The notes: generated from the letters alone by a model not told the origin. Positions 37,326-46,746 are shown, counted from the stretch's first letter. The stretch is DNA of 64,000 nt from an uncultured bacterium (GCA_963786935.1 CAWBAN010000002.1:32001-96000); one strand, 5' to 3'. A program made the numbers and translations.

Positions 37326-38408
37326 TTATTTCTTGCTCGTCGGAACCCCTGCGGCGGGCTCGCCGACGCGGATGCTGCCCACGATGTCGAGAACGATCTC
37401 CGGAAACCTCGGATTGTTGGTGCGGATCTTGACGGAGCCGGCGTACTGCCCGAGCCTGCTCGAGGGCCGGATCCACACGGTGCCGCGGAACGATTTCCCC
37501 GGCTGCAGCTCCTGGATCTTCACCGTCATGTCGTCGCGGTTCGGCACCGCGCCGAGGATCTTGAGCGAATCGCCGCGCGCGGCGACGATGTTGAAGGTCC
37601 GGTCGAACGCCTTCGTCGCGCCGGCCGGGATGACCATCTCTCCGAAGTAGAGCCGGTCGGGATAGACCTCCACGTCCTTCTGGACGATGATCGACATCGG
37701 CATGCTCTTTTCCTTGATCTTCGGATAGTCGGTCGTCAGGATGACGTTCGCCACGACGTTCTCGGGCGCGAGCGCTTTCTTCTGCCACATCTTGATGCGG
37801 AACTTCTTCCCCTTCTCGATCGTCTCCACCTTGAGCCCGATCTTGTCGACGAGCCCCTTCGCCGCCGTTTCGTCCGACCAGCGGACGGCGGTGATGTTGA
37901 CCGGCTTGTCGAGCAGGCTCGTCACGACGGTCTCGAACGAGAACTTGTCGTCCACGAAGCCGCTCCACCGCATCTCGCGCGAGAATTCGAACGCGCGCTT
38001 CACGGTTCCCGTCGCCGCGAGGACGAACTGCGAGTTGCTCGGTTCGTTCGTCCGCACGGTGAAATTCTTCTCGAACAGTCCGGGGAAGAGCTTCTTCCCG
38101 TCGATCTTGATATTGACCTTGCCCTCCTGCCCGGGAGGGATGACCTTATCGTAGTCGGCCACCGAGCATCCTCAACCAGGCCTCACACTGAGGATCTGGG
38201 CTTCGACGTCGCCGATGTTCTTGATCGTGAACGTGTACTCGATGTCCTGCCCCTCGAGCACCTCTCCCATCTGGGCGGTTTTGGTCGCGATCAGGAGCTT
38301 CGGCGCCTTACCCGTCGGTTTGGCCTTTTGCGCGACCGCGACGCCGAAGAGTCCGGCGACGAAAAGCAGGACGAGCGCCGCTGCAACCAGTCTCCGATGG
38401 TTCCTCAT
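37326..38408 (-). CDS. Exported DUF1573-like Ig-fold protein, probable selenoprotein (UGA at codon 79)
   Basis: Two in-frame ORF pieces join across TGA 38174-38172 (SVRPG*GCSVADYDK); the paralog reads SVKPSCGCSVADFDK; GGAGG RBS before ATG 38408; 360 aa if read through. Confidence 0.8.
38122..38163 (-). promoter_or_regulatory. Candidate bacterial SECIS hairpin(s) 3' of the in-frame UGA
   Basis: mRNA GGUGGCC-[GACUACGAUAA]-GGUCAUC with the loop starting at +16 with G; second hairpin CCCUCC-[CGGGCA]-GGAGGG. Confidence 0.45.
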
Positions 38409-38470
38409 GCACTGACCTCCTACGCCTTTCACGGGCGAAATCATTTCTCGCTCCGGGACGCGTCCCCGGA

Positions 38471-39520
38471 TCACTTCCCGACACGCACGCTGCCGACGAC
38501 GTCGAGGACGACTTCCCGGTACTTCGGATAATTCGTATAGATCTTGACCGACCCGCTGAACGCGTCGATCTTGCTCGTCGGCCGGACCATCACGGTCCCC
38601 CGGTACGATTTGCCCGGCATGAGCTCCGTGATCTTGACCGTCATGTCTTCCCTGCTCGAGACCGCCTTGAGCACCTTGAGCGAATCGCCCCGCGCAGCGA
38701 TGATGTTGAAGCTCCGCTCGAACCCCTTCGTCGCGCCGGGCGGTATGACCATCTCGCCGTAATAGAGCCGCTGCGGATGGAGCTCGACGTCGTTCATGAT
38801 CGTGAGCGCAACGGAAACGATCCGTTCCTTGAGCTTCGGATTGTCGGTGGTGAGCACGATGTTCGACACGACGCTCTCGGGGGCGAGCTCGGACTTTTTC
38901 CACACGGAGAGCTTGTATTTCTTGCCCCGCGTGACCGTCTCCAGCTTGACGCCGATCCGCTCGTCGAGGCCTTTCGCCTTGCCGTCGGCGTCCCACGCGG
39001 CGCCGGTGATGTTCGTCGGCGAGGTGAGCAGCACCGTGATGAAGCTCTCGATCTTCAGCGGCTCGTCCGCGAAGCCCGCCCAGCGGATCTCGCGCGAGAA
39101 CTCGAGCGCCTTCGTGACGCTTCCGACGACGTTGAGGAGGAACTCCGCGTTCTCGGGATCGCTCGTCTTGACAAAGAAGCTCTTGTCGAACGGGCCGGCG
39201 CCGATCTTCTTCCCGTCGATCGTGATGTGTATCTTGCCTTCCTTGCCGGGGAGGATGGTTTTGTCGAAATCGGCCACGGAGCATCCGCAGCTCGGCTTGA
39301 CGGAGACGATCTGAAGCTCGGCGTTCCCGATGTTCTTGATGACGTAGGTGTGCTCGACGTTCTGCTGCTCGAGAATCTCGCCGACCTGGATCGTCTTCTG
39401 GTCGACGACGAGCTTGGGGGATTTTCCGGCGGGCTTGCCCTGCGCCGACGCGCCGGCGTACAGGCCAGCCGCGAGCGCGGAAACGAGCACGACCGCCGCA
39501 ATGACGTTCCGAATTTTCAT
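38471..39520 (-). CDS. Exported DUF1573-like Ig-fold protein (Cys paralog)
   Basis: Signal peptide, KNIGNAELQI..VKPSCGCS and ILPGKEGKI; colinear with the downstream paralog. Confidence 0.85.
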   Translation of the reverse strand: MKIRNVIAAVVLVSALAAGLYAGASAQGKPAGKSPKLVVDQKTIQVGEILEQQNVEHTYVIKNIGNAELQIVSVKPSCGCSVADFDKTILPGKEGKIHITIDGKKIGAGPFDKSFFVKTSDPENAEFLLNVVGSVTKALEFSREIRWAGFADEPLKIESFITVLLTSPTNITGAAWDADGKAKGLDERIGVKLETVTRGKKYKLSVWKKSELAPESVVSNIVLTTDNPKLKERIVSVALTIMNDVELHPQRLYYGEMVIPPGATKGFERSFNIIAARGDSLKVLKAVSSREDMTVKITELMPGKSYRGTVMVRPTSKIDAFSGSVKIYTNYPKYREVVLDVVGSVRVGK

Positions 39521-39622
39521 GCGCTGCCCTCCAGCCTCTGAGACCTTTCGAAGGGGCGACAAACAAGCATATAATTATAAACCAATAGCACCCTTTGTTC
39601 CATAATTAAAATGATTGGCGGC

Positions 39623-39650
39623 TTGCGCGCGAGAATTCTTTTAGTATAAT
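39623..39650 (+). promoter_or_regulatory. Candidate promoter for iscS-iscU-nadA
   Basis: TTGCGC-N16-TATAAT in an AT-rich divergent intergenic region. Confidence 0.4.
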
Positions 39651-39690
39651 GGAGGCGGGAGGCCCCGGCCGGCCCTTCCGGGGCGTGTTT

Positions 39691-40875
39691 ATGGCGGAAA
39701 ACAGGAACGGCATCAACGAGATATACATGGACCGCATCGCCGCGGCGCCGGTGAGGCCGGAAGCCGTCGATGCCATGGCGCCGCTGCTGCGGGACGGCTT
39801 CGGGAATCCCCAGAGCGTCCACGGAAGAGGACAGGCCGCGGCGGAAGTGCTCACCCGGGCCCGCGAGCAGGTGGCCGCCCTCGTCGGCGCGGACCCGTGG
39901 GACGTGATCTTCACGGCGACCGGCTCCGAGGCCAACAACATGGCCCTCAAGGGCATCTCCCCCAGCCGGAAGAAGAAATCCAACCGCATCATCATATCGG
40001 CGATCGAGCACCATTCGGTGATGAATCCGGCCCGGACGCTGGCGAAAGAGGGATTCGAGCTCGTCATCCTCCCGGTCGACCGGCACGGCCTCGTGTCGCC
40101 GACGGCCCTCGAGGCGGAGCTCGCCAAGGGCGCCGCGCTCGTCTCTATCATGCACGCCAACACCGAGATAGGCACGATCGAGCCGGTCGCCGAGCTCGCC
40201 GGGCTCTGCGGAAAGGCCGGCGTCCCGATGCATTCTGACGCGTGGGGCACGGCGGGGGTCGTGCCCGTCGATATGGCGAAGCTCGGCGTGAGCGCCCTCA
40301 CGATCGCCGCCCAGAACTTCGGCGGCCCGCCCGGGGCGGCGGCCCTCATTCTCCCGAAGGGGACGCCGGCTCGCGGGCTCATCGAGGGGGGCGTGCAGGA
40401 GCGGGGCCTGCGCGCGGGGCAGGAGAACATTCCGGCCATCGCGGGGATGGGCGTGGCGGCGGAGCTCGCGGCGAAGGAGCTCGAGGCGAACGCCGCCCGC
40501 ACGCTCGCGATCCGCGACGAACTGCTCGGGCGGCTCCCGGCGGAGATCGATCACGTGATCGTCACGGGGCACCCCGAGAAGCGGCTCCCGAACCACGCGA
40601 GCTTCTGCGTCGAGTATATCGAGGGGGAAGGCATGCTGCTCTTCCTCGACATGAAGGGCATCCGGGCCGCGAGCGGCTCGGCGTGCACGTCCAAGGCGCT
40701 CAAGGGGAGCTACGTGCTCCAGGCGATCGGGGTGGAGACGGCGCTCGCGCAGGGCTCGATCGTATTCACGATGGGGCCGGCGAACCGCCTCGAGGACGTC
40801 GATACGATACTTTCGGTCATGAAGCCCGTCGTTTCGAGGCTTCGCGAGATGTCACCGATTTACAAAAGGAAGTAG
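39691..40875 (+). CDS. iscS: IscS/NifS-like cysteine desulfurase homolog with degenerate PLP site
   Basis: FGNPQS, GSEANN, IEHHSV, HANTEIGTI and SGSACTS; QNFGGPPG replaces the HKxxGPKG motif. Confidence 0.85.
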   Translation: MAENRNGINEIYMDRIAAAPVRPEAVDAMAPLLRDGFGNPQSVHGRGQAAAEVLTRAREQVAALVGADPWDVIFTATGSEANNMALKGISPSRKKKSNRIIISAIEHHSVMNPARTLAKEGFELVILPVDRHGLVSPTALEAELAKGAALVSIMHANTEIGTIEPVAELAGLCGKAGVPMHSDAWGTAGVVPVDMAKLGVSALTIAAQNFGGPPGAAALILPKGTPARGLIEGGVQERGLRAGQENIPAIAGMGVAAELAAKELEANAARTLAIRDELLGRLPAEIDHVIVTGHPEKRLPNHASFCVEYIEGEGMLLFLDMKGIRAASGSACTSKALKGSYVLQAIGVETALAQGSIVFTMGPANRLEDVDTILSVMKPVVSRLREMSPIYKRK

Positions 40876-40878
40876 GCG

Positions 40879-41460
40879 ATGGCTCTCTACAGCGACAAGG
40901 TGATGGATCATTTCATGAATCCCCGCAACGTCGGGGATATCCCGGACGCCGACGGCTCAGGCGAGATCGGCAATCCCGTCTGCGGCGACATGATGACGTT
41001 CTACATCAAGGTGAAGGACGGCCGTCTCGAGGACGTGAAGTTCAAGACCTTCGGCTGCGGCGCGGCGATCGCCGTTTCGAGCATGGTGAGCGAGATGGCG
41101 AAGGGCAAGACGCTCGACGAGGCGATGAAGATCACGAACGAATCGGTCGCCGAGGAGCTCGGGGGGCTCCCGAAGAACAAGATGCATTGCTCGAACCTCG
41201 GCGCGGACGCGCTCCACGCCGCGATCGAGAGCTACCGCGCGAAAAAGGCGGGCGCGCCGGCGAAGGCGGCGGCCGCGGCGCACGACCACGGCGACGAATG
41301 CACCTGCCCGTTCTGCGATTCCGAGCTCGCCGAGGAAGAGGCCCCCATCTGCCGGAGCTGCGGCGTGTCGTTCGAGTCGTGCCCCTCGTGCGGCAAGCTC
41401 GTGTCGAGCAAGGACAAGAGCTGCCCGCACTGCGGCGCCGCTCACGAGGGAAAAGGCTGA
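40879..41460 (+). CDS. iscU: IscU/NifU-type Fe-S scaffold with C-terminal double zinc ribbon
   Basis: DHFMNPRNVG, NPVCGD, FGCGAAIA, KMHCS; tail CPFC..CRSC..CPSC..CPHC. Confidence 0.92.
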   Translation: MALYSDKVMDHFMNPRNVGDIPDADGSGEIGNPVCGDMMTFYIKVKDGRLEDVKFKTFGCGAAIAVSSMVSEMAKGKTLDEAMKITNESVAEELGGLPKNKMHCSNLGADALHAAIESYRAKKAGAPAKAAAAAHDHGDECTCPFCDSELAEEEAPICRSCGVSFESCPSCGKLVSSKDKSCPHCGAAHEGKG

Positions 41461-41511
41461 AATGCGGGCGGCCCGGCGGCCGTCGGGCGCCGGGGCACTC
41501 CGCGGAGCTTC

Positions 41512-42423
41512 ATGCCGAAACGAGAGCTCGTCGACAAGATACAGGCGCTCAAGACCGAGCGGGATGCGATCATCCTCGCCCACAACTATCAGCCCCCCGA
41601 GATCCAGGACATCGCGGACCGGCTCGGCGATTCGCTCGACCTGAGCCGGTACGCGGCCTCGGCGAGCGAGAAGGTGATCGTCTTCTGCGGCGTGCATTTC
41701 ATGGCCGAGACCGCGGCCATCCTCTCCCCCGAGAAGACCGTTCTCCTGCCCGACCCGAAGGCGGGCTGCCCGATGGCCGACATGATGAGCGCCGGCGAGC
41801 TCGCCGCGCTCCGGAAGAAGCACCCCGGCGCCATCGTCGTCACCTACGTGAACTCCACGGCGGAGGTCAAGGCCCAGACCGACATCTGCTGCACCTCGGC
41901 GAACGCCGTGCGGGTCGTGAACGCGGTGCCCGAAGGGAAGACGATCATCTTCGGCCCCGACCGGTACCTCGGCGCGTGGGTCGCCGCGAAGACCGGACGG
42001 GAAATGATCCTCTGGCAGGGGTACTGCCCCACGCACCAGAAGATCCATCCCGAGCACCTCCTCGAGCAGCGCAAGGCGCACCCCGACGCCGTCGTCATGG
42101 TGCATCCCGAGGTCAATCCGGCCGTCGCGGCCGCCGCGGACGCCGTGCTCGGCACCGGCGGCATGATCGCCTACGTGGAAAAGAGCCCGGCCCGGGAGTT
42201 CATCGTCGGCACGGAGACGGGAATGGTGTACCGCCTGCAGCGGTGCTACCCCGACCGGCGGTTCTTCGCCGCGACGGAGCACGCCCTCTGTCCCAACATG
42301 AAGAAGATCACGCTCGAGAAGGTCGCGCGGTCGCTCGAGAAGCTCGAGCCGGCCGTCTCCGTGAAGCCGAAGATCGCCGGCCTCGCGCGGCGGGCGATCC
42401 TCGCGATGCTCGAGGTTTCGTGA
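41512..42423 (+). CDS. nadA: Quinolinate synthase
   Basis: ILAHNYQ, FCGVHFMAETA, AGCPMA, YVNS, CTSANA and CPNMK. Confidence 0.96.
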   Translation: MPKRELVDKIQALKTERDAIILAHNYQPPEIQDIADRLGDSLDLSRYAASASEKVIVFCGVHFMAETAAILSPEKTVLLPDPKAGCPMADMMSAGELAALRKKHPGAIVVTYVNSTAEVKAQTDICCTSANAVRVVNAVPEGKTIIFGPDRYLGAWVAAKTGREMILWQGYCPTHQKIHPEHLLEQRKAHPDAVVMVHPEVNPAVAAAADAVLGTGGMIAYVEKSPAREFIVGTETGMVYRLQRCYPDRRFFAATEHALCPNMKKITLEKVARSLEKLEPAVSVKPKIAGLARRAILAMLEVS

Positions 42424-42442
42424 CCGGGAGCGGGCCTGCGCG

Positions 42443-43957
42443 ATGACGCCTGAAACGCCACGCGAAAAGCGAATCTTCGGCGCCCTCTTCCTCGGCCTCG
42501 TCGCGCTCCACCTCGCGCTCGTGTTCTCGACGCGGCTCTTTCCCTTCACCGACCTTCCCGACCACCTCGCCGCCGCGACGATCGCGCGGCAGGCCGGCGA
42601 CGCGTCGAGCCCTCTCTCGCGCTGCTTCCGCGTCGACGCCTTCCCGAAGCCGAACACGTTTCACCTGTGGTTCTGCTCGCTCCCCGTCTTTCCCTCGGCC
42701 GAGGCGGCGAACCGGACGCTCTTCGCGCTCTACGTCGTGCTCTTTCCGGTTTCGGTCCTCCTCGCCCTGCGCAAGCTCGGCGGGAGCCCGTGGTTCGCGC
42801 TCCTCTCGTTCCTCTATGTGTACAATTACAGCGTGAGCTGGGGATTCGTCGGTTTCGCGCTGGCCGTGCCGCCGGCGATCCTCTTCTTTCGCTTCTTCGT
42901 TTTCGACGAGCGGGGAGTTTCCGGAGCCCGGCGCTCGGCGCTCGCCGCGGCCTCGCTCCTCCTCCTCTACTTCGTTCACGTGCTCGTGGCGCTCTTCTGC
43001 GCCCTCCTCGTCATCCTGCGCCTCTTCTCGCGGAGAAGGGGCGTCTTGCGGGCGCTTCCCGCGAGCGCGGCGGCGCTGCTCCCGCTCGCGTTCCTCATGC
43101 TCGTATGGTGGCGGGGAGAATCGCGCGAGTACGCGGGGACGGGGCTCGCGCAATTCCTCGGGGAATATTACCGGGGCTCGTTCGCCGGGACGTTCCTCAA
43201 GAGGAAAGGCGTTTTCATCTTCGACAACTATCATCTCTTCGCGGGGGCCGCGGGATACGCGGTCGCCGCGCTCTTCTCCCTCGCGGTGGTCGTGCCGGCG
43301 GCGTTCGCGCTTCGGTCCCGCGGCCGCGGCGCCGGCGGCACCGCTCCTGGCGCACCGGGCGTCCTGACGCTCCTCGCGGGCGCTTCGATCTGCTGCCTGT
43401 TCCTTCCGAACGAGCTTCCCCAGCAGGCCGTGCTCTACGAGCGGTTCTCCGTGTTTCTCATGATCGCGCTGATCCTCTTCGCCGCCTCGCGCCTCCCGGC
43501 GCGGCTCCCCCGCGCGGCGGCCGGCGCGTTCGCCGCGCTCACCGTTCTCCATGGTCTCCTCTGGGCGCAGTACTTCTTCGCGTTCAATCGCGAGAACGCC
43601 GGATTCGATCGCGAATTCCTGCGGCCGGAGGCGGGCGGGAAGAAGCTCGCCGGCCTCATCTTCGATTACGCCTACCGCGGGCGGCCGACCTACATCCATT
43701 TTCCCAGCTACTACATCGTGTGGGAGAAAGAGGCCGCCACGGCGAGCCTCGCCGATTTCAGGTTCGGCGCGGTCCGGCGGGGCGTGAGCGGGATCGAGCT
43801 GCCCCGCTATCTCGAGTGGGTGGGAAAGCGCGGGGGATACGACGGCAGGTACGGCCATATGGATTACCTGCTGCTCAGGGGCGGCGCCGCGCCCGCGGGA
43901 TTCGAGCTCGAGCGGGCCGTCGGGAAGTGGGCGCTCTACTCGCGTGAAAATAATTGA
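42443..43957 (+). CDS. Polytopic membrane protein, possibly GT-C glycosyltransferase-like
   Basis: Many TM helices; N-terminal loop DLPDHLA. Confidence 0.55.
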   Translation: MTPETPREKRIFGALFLGLVALHLALVFSTRLFPFTDLPDHLAAATIARQAGDASSPLSRCFRVDAFPKPNTFHLWFCSLPVFPSAEAANRTLFALYVVLFPVSVLLALRKLGGSPWFALLSFLYVYNYSVSWGFVGFALAVPPAILFFRFFVFDERGVSGARRSALAAASLLLLYFVHVLVALFCALLVILRLFSRRRGVLRALPASAAALLPLAFLMLVWWRGESREYAGTGLAQFLGEYYRGSFAGTFLKRKGVFIFDNYHLFAGAAGYAVAALFSLAVVVPAAFALRSRGRGAGGTAPGAPGVLTLLAGASICCLFLPNELPQQAVLYERFSVFLMIALILFAASRLPARLPRAAAGAFAALTVLHGLLWAQYFFAFNRENAGFDREFLRPEAGGKKLAGLIFDYAYRGRPTYIHFPSYYIVWEKEAATASLADFRFGAVRRGVSGIELPRYLEWVGKRGGYDGRYGHMDYLLLRGGAAPAGFELERAVGKWALYSRENN

Positions 43958-43982
43958 CATCCCCCGCGAATTCGCCTAAACA
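43954..43982 (+). promoter_or_regulatory. Candidate sigma70 promoter
   Basis: TTGACA-N17-TAAACA upstream of the porin gene, which has an AAGGAGG RBS. Confidence 0.45.
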
Positions 43983-44036
43983 GGCTTTGATAACACATCC
44001 GCAGCGTCCCGTCGAACCCTTGCAAGGAGGCGCCCC

Positions 44037-45263
44037 ATGAAACGGACGGCAGTCGTGCTCGCGCTCTTCGCGCTCTGCTGCGCCGCGGTATCGGCCGCGG
44101 CCGGAGAGACGGAGCCCTCGTACACCTTCAAGTTCAGCGGCTACTTCAAGGCCGACTTCATCTACGATCAGACCCGCGTGAACTCGGGCGACTACGCGCT
44201 CTACCTTCTGGAGCGCACGCCCCTCGACGCGCCGGACGACGACGTCACGAGCATCACGGCGCGCGAGACGCGCTTCGGCGTGGACTTCTCGTGGATGGAG
44301 AAGGACGTCCGGACCGACGCGAAGCTCGAGTTCGACTTCTACGGGTTCGGGGCCGCGCCGGCGAGCCTCAACTCGATGGAGAACAGATCGACGCCGATGC
44401 TGCGGCACGCCTACGCGAAAGTCACGAAGGGGCAGTGGTCCCTGCTCGCCGGCCAGACGAGCGACATCATTTCGCCGCTCGTGCCGAAGACGGCGAACTA
44501 CACCGTCCTCTGGGATCAGGGAAACATCGGCTATCGCAGGCCTCAGGTGCGGCTCTCGGCCTGGGGGGATCTCTCCGATAACGGGAGGATTTTCGCGGCG
44601 GCCGGCCTCTTCCGCACCCTCGGCGGCGACATCGACGGCAACCGCATCGACGACGGCGCCGACGCGGGCATGCCGACCATCCAGGGACGGCTCGCGATGT
44701 CATCGAAGATCCGGGAGGCGGGCTCGATGGAGCTCGGCGTCTCCGGGCATTACGGCACGGAAGACTACTGGACCGGCAGAACCACGAAGAGCGTCGAGTC
44801 GTGGTCCGGGAACGTCGATCTCAAGGTCGCTCCCTGCGAGCGCACCGAGCTCTTGGTCGAGCTCTTCGTCGGCGACAACCTCGGCAGCTATTTCGGCGGC
44901 GTCGGACAGACGGTCAATCCGATGCTGACGGAGATCGGCTCGAAGGGCGGATGGGCGGAGCTCTCCTACCGCGCGACAAAGTGCGTCCTCCTCAACGTCG
45001 GCTACGGCATCGACAATCCGGACGAGGACGATTTCCTCATCCCCGCCGACGAGACGGACGTGCGGAGCTTCATCGGCCGGAACTCGAACCTGTTCGGAAG
45101 CGTCATGTACGATATGACGAGCACCGTCACCCTCATGGCGGAGCTCGCGTGGCTCAAGACGGCGTACGAGTACCGGTGGATGGCCGCCGGGGACCTCCAC
45201 GCGGACGACAAGGAATACGACGAGATGCGCGTCCAGTTCGCGCTGAAGGCGGCGATCAAGTAA
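44037..45263 (+). CDS. Outer-membrane porin, DcaP-like
   Basis: Signal peptide, FSGYFKADFIYD, ARETRFG, LEFDF, LRHAY, LAGQT and RRPQVR. Confidence 0.75.
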   Translation: MKRTAVVLALFALCCAAVSAAAGETEPSYTFKFSGYFKADFIYDQTRVNSGDYALYLLERTPLDAPDDDVTSITARETRFGVDFSWMEKDVRTDAKLEFDFYGFGAAPASLNSMENRSTPMLRHAYAKVTKGQWSLLAGQTSDIISPLVPKTANYTVLWDQGNIGYRRPQVRLSAWGDLSDNGRIFAAAGLFRTLGGDIDGNRIDDGADAGMPTIQGRLAMSSKIREAGSMELGVSGHYGTEDYWTGRTTKSVESWSGNVDLKVAPCERTELLVELFVGDNLGSYFGGVGQTVNPMLTEIGSKGGWAELSYRATKCVLLNVGYGIDNPDEDDFLIPADETDVRSFIGRNSNLFGSVMYDMTSTVTLMAELAWLKTAYEYRWMAAGDLHADDKEYDEMRVQFALKAAIK

Positions 45264-45269
45264 GCCGGC

Positions 45270-46733
45270 TCACGGAAGCTTCTTCAAGCCGAACCGCTTC
45301 GCCTCGGCGGTCATAATGTCAGCGAGGCACGCGCCGACCTCGGCGTCGAGCGGCTCGCTCTGGTGCGCCGCGAGGATCTTCTCGACGCGCTCGGCCGCTC
45401 GCGTGGCCGCGTCCTTCGAGCCCTGCTTGTGCCACTCGTCGAGTGCGTTGCGGTCGATCACCTCGTCGGGGAAGTAAGCCTCCTTGCGGAACCATTTCAT
45501 CGTGTGGGCGAGCGAGAGGAAGCTCTTGCGCTCGATACCCTCGCGCATGAGGTCGAGCGGCACGACGGGATCGTCGCGGAGCTCGATGCCGTCGACGAGG
45601 CGGAGCGCCATGCGGCAGATCTCGTTGTCGAGGACGAGCTTCTCGAGGCTCTGGCATGACTCGAAGTCGAGCATGCCGGGGCCCGATATATTATTGATGC
45701 CGCTGAGCGCCGCGATCATGGCGCCCATCGCGGTCTCCATGCCCGCCTGATAGTCCACCGTCTTCGAATCGCTCAGCGCCATGTACGCCTGCACGGGGAG
45801 CCCGAGGTGCTTCCCGATCTCGGCGTATGCGCCGTCGATCATCATCGTCTCGACCGCGCCCATCGGCGTCGTCCCCTTGCGCATGTCGAAGCACGCGGGG
45901 GAGCCGCCGTAGACGATCGGCGCGCCCGGCACGGCGAGCTGGTGAATGACGACGCCGCTGAGCGACTCGGCGCAGTGCTGCACGACGGCCCCGGCGAGGG
46001 TGACCGGCGAGGTCGCCCCGGTGAGCGGCATCGAGATGAGCTCGGCCACGATCCCCGTCCGCGCGCAGTCGATGAGCGCCTGCGCGGTGAGGTCGCTCCA
46101 TTTGAGCGGCGGAGACGGGCAGCAGTCGAAGATCGCCATCGGCTTGGCGCGGAGCTTCTCGGCGTCCCCGGCGACGGCCGAGAGCATCTCGTGCATCGGC
46201 TTGAACGCGTCGACGCGGAAGGTGCCGGTGACGACCGGCTTCACCGAATGCCGGAGCGCGATGAAGAGGCGGTAGCGGTCCTGTATCTCGTTCGGCACGT
46301 CCCCGGCGATGAGCCCCGTGCTCTGCGCGGCGAGGCCCGGGAGCGCGTCGGTGAGGGTGACGAAACGAACGAGGTCGGCCGTGACGGGCGTGCGCGCGCG
46401 TTTCTCCTTCGGATCGTAGATGCGCAGGGCGGCCGAGCCCGGGTTGAAATGGATACGGTCGCCGCCGAGATGCATGACCTCTTCGCCGCGGCGGTTGTAG
46501 AGCGACACCGTGGACGGCGCGCTCTCGACGGCCTTCTCGACGAGGGCGGCGGGGATGCGCACCTGACGCGTCGTGCGGTCGATGCGGGCGCCCGCGCCGT
46601 CGAGAAGCTTCAGCGCCTCGTCGTTCTCGACGAACACGCCGATCTCCTCGAGGATGCGCTTGGCGTCGTCGACGATTTTCTTGCGGGCCTTCTCCGTCCA
46701 CCAGCCGATTCGCGGGGTCGTCTTCTTCTCCAA
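45270..46733 (-). CDS. Non-pyrrolysine MttB-superfamily methyltransferase (MtgB-like)
   Basis: PSPPLKW, GATSPVTLAGAVVQHCAESL, DSKTVDYQAGME and GPGMLD; TTG start with GGAGG; no in-frame TAG. Confidence 0.9.
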   Translation of the reverse strand: MEKKTTPRIGWWTEKARKKIVDDAKRILEEIGVFVENDEALKLLDGAGARIDRTTRQVRIPAALVEKAVESAPSTVSLYNRRGEEVMHLGGDRIHFNPGSAALRIYDPKEKRARTPVTADLVRFVTLTDALPGLAAQSTGLIAGDVPNEIQDRYRLFIALRHSVKPVVTGTFRVDAFKPMHEMLSAVAGDAEKLRAKPMAIFDCCPSPPLKWSDLTAQALIDCARTGIVAELISMPLTGATSPVTLAGAVVQHCAESLSGVVIHQLAVPGAPIVYGGSPACFDMRKGTTPMGAVETMMIDGAYAEIGKHLGLPVQAYMALSDSKTVDYQAGMETAMGAMIAALSGINNISGPGMLDFESCQSLEKLVLDNEICRMALRLVDGIELRDDPVVPLDLMREGIERKSFLSLAHTMKWFRKEAYFPDEVIDRNALDEWHKQGSKDAATRAAERVEKILAAHQSEPLDAEVGACLADIMTAEAKRFGLKKLP

Positions 46734-46746
46734 TTCGGGCCTCCCT

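Noticed and set aside
37326..38408. Pseudogene, or two separate genes
   Set aside because: The single stop is TGA exactly at a conserved Cys, the frame is preserved, and there are no other lesions. Recoding is the better explanation, though a nonsense mutation is not formally excluded.
45270..46733. Pyrrolysine-containing trimethylamine methyltransferase
   Set aside because: The ORF is uninterrupted with no in-frame TAG, and no pyl genes are in the window.
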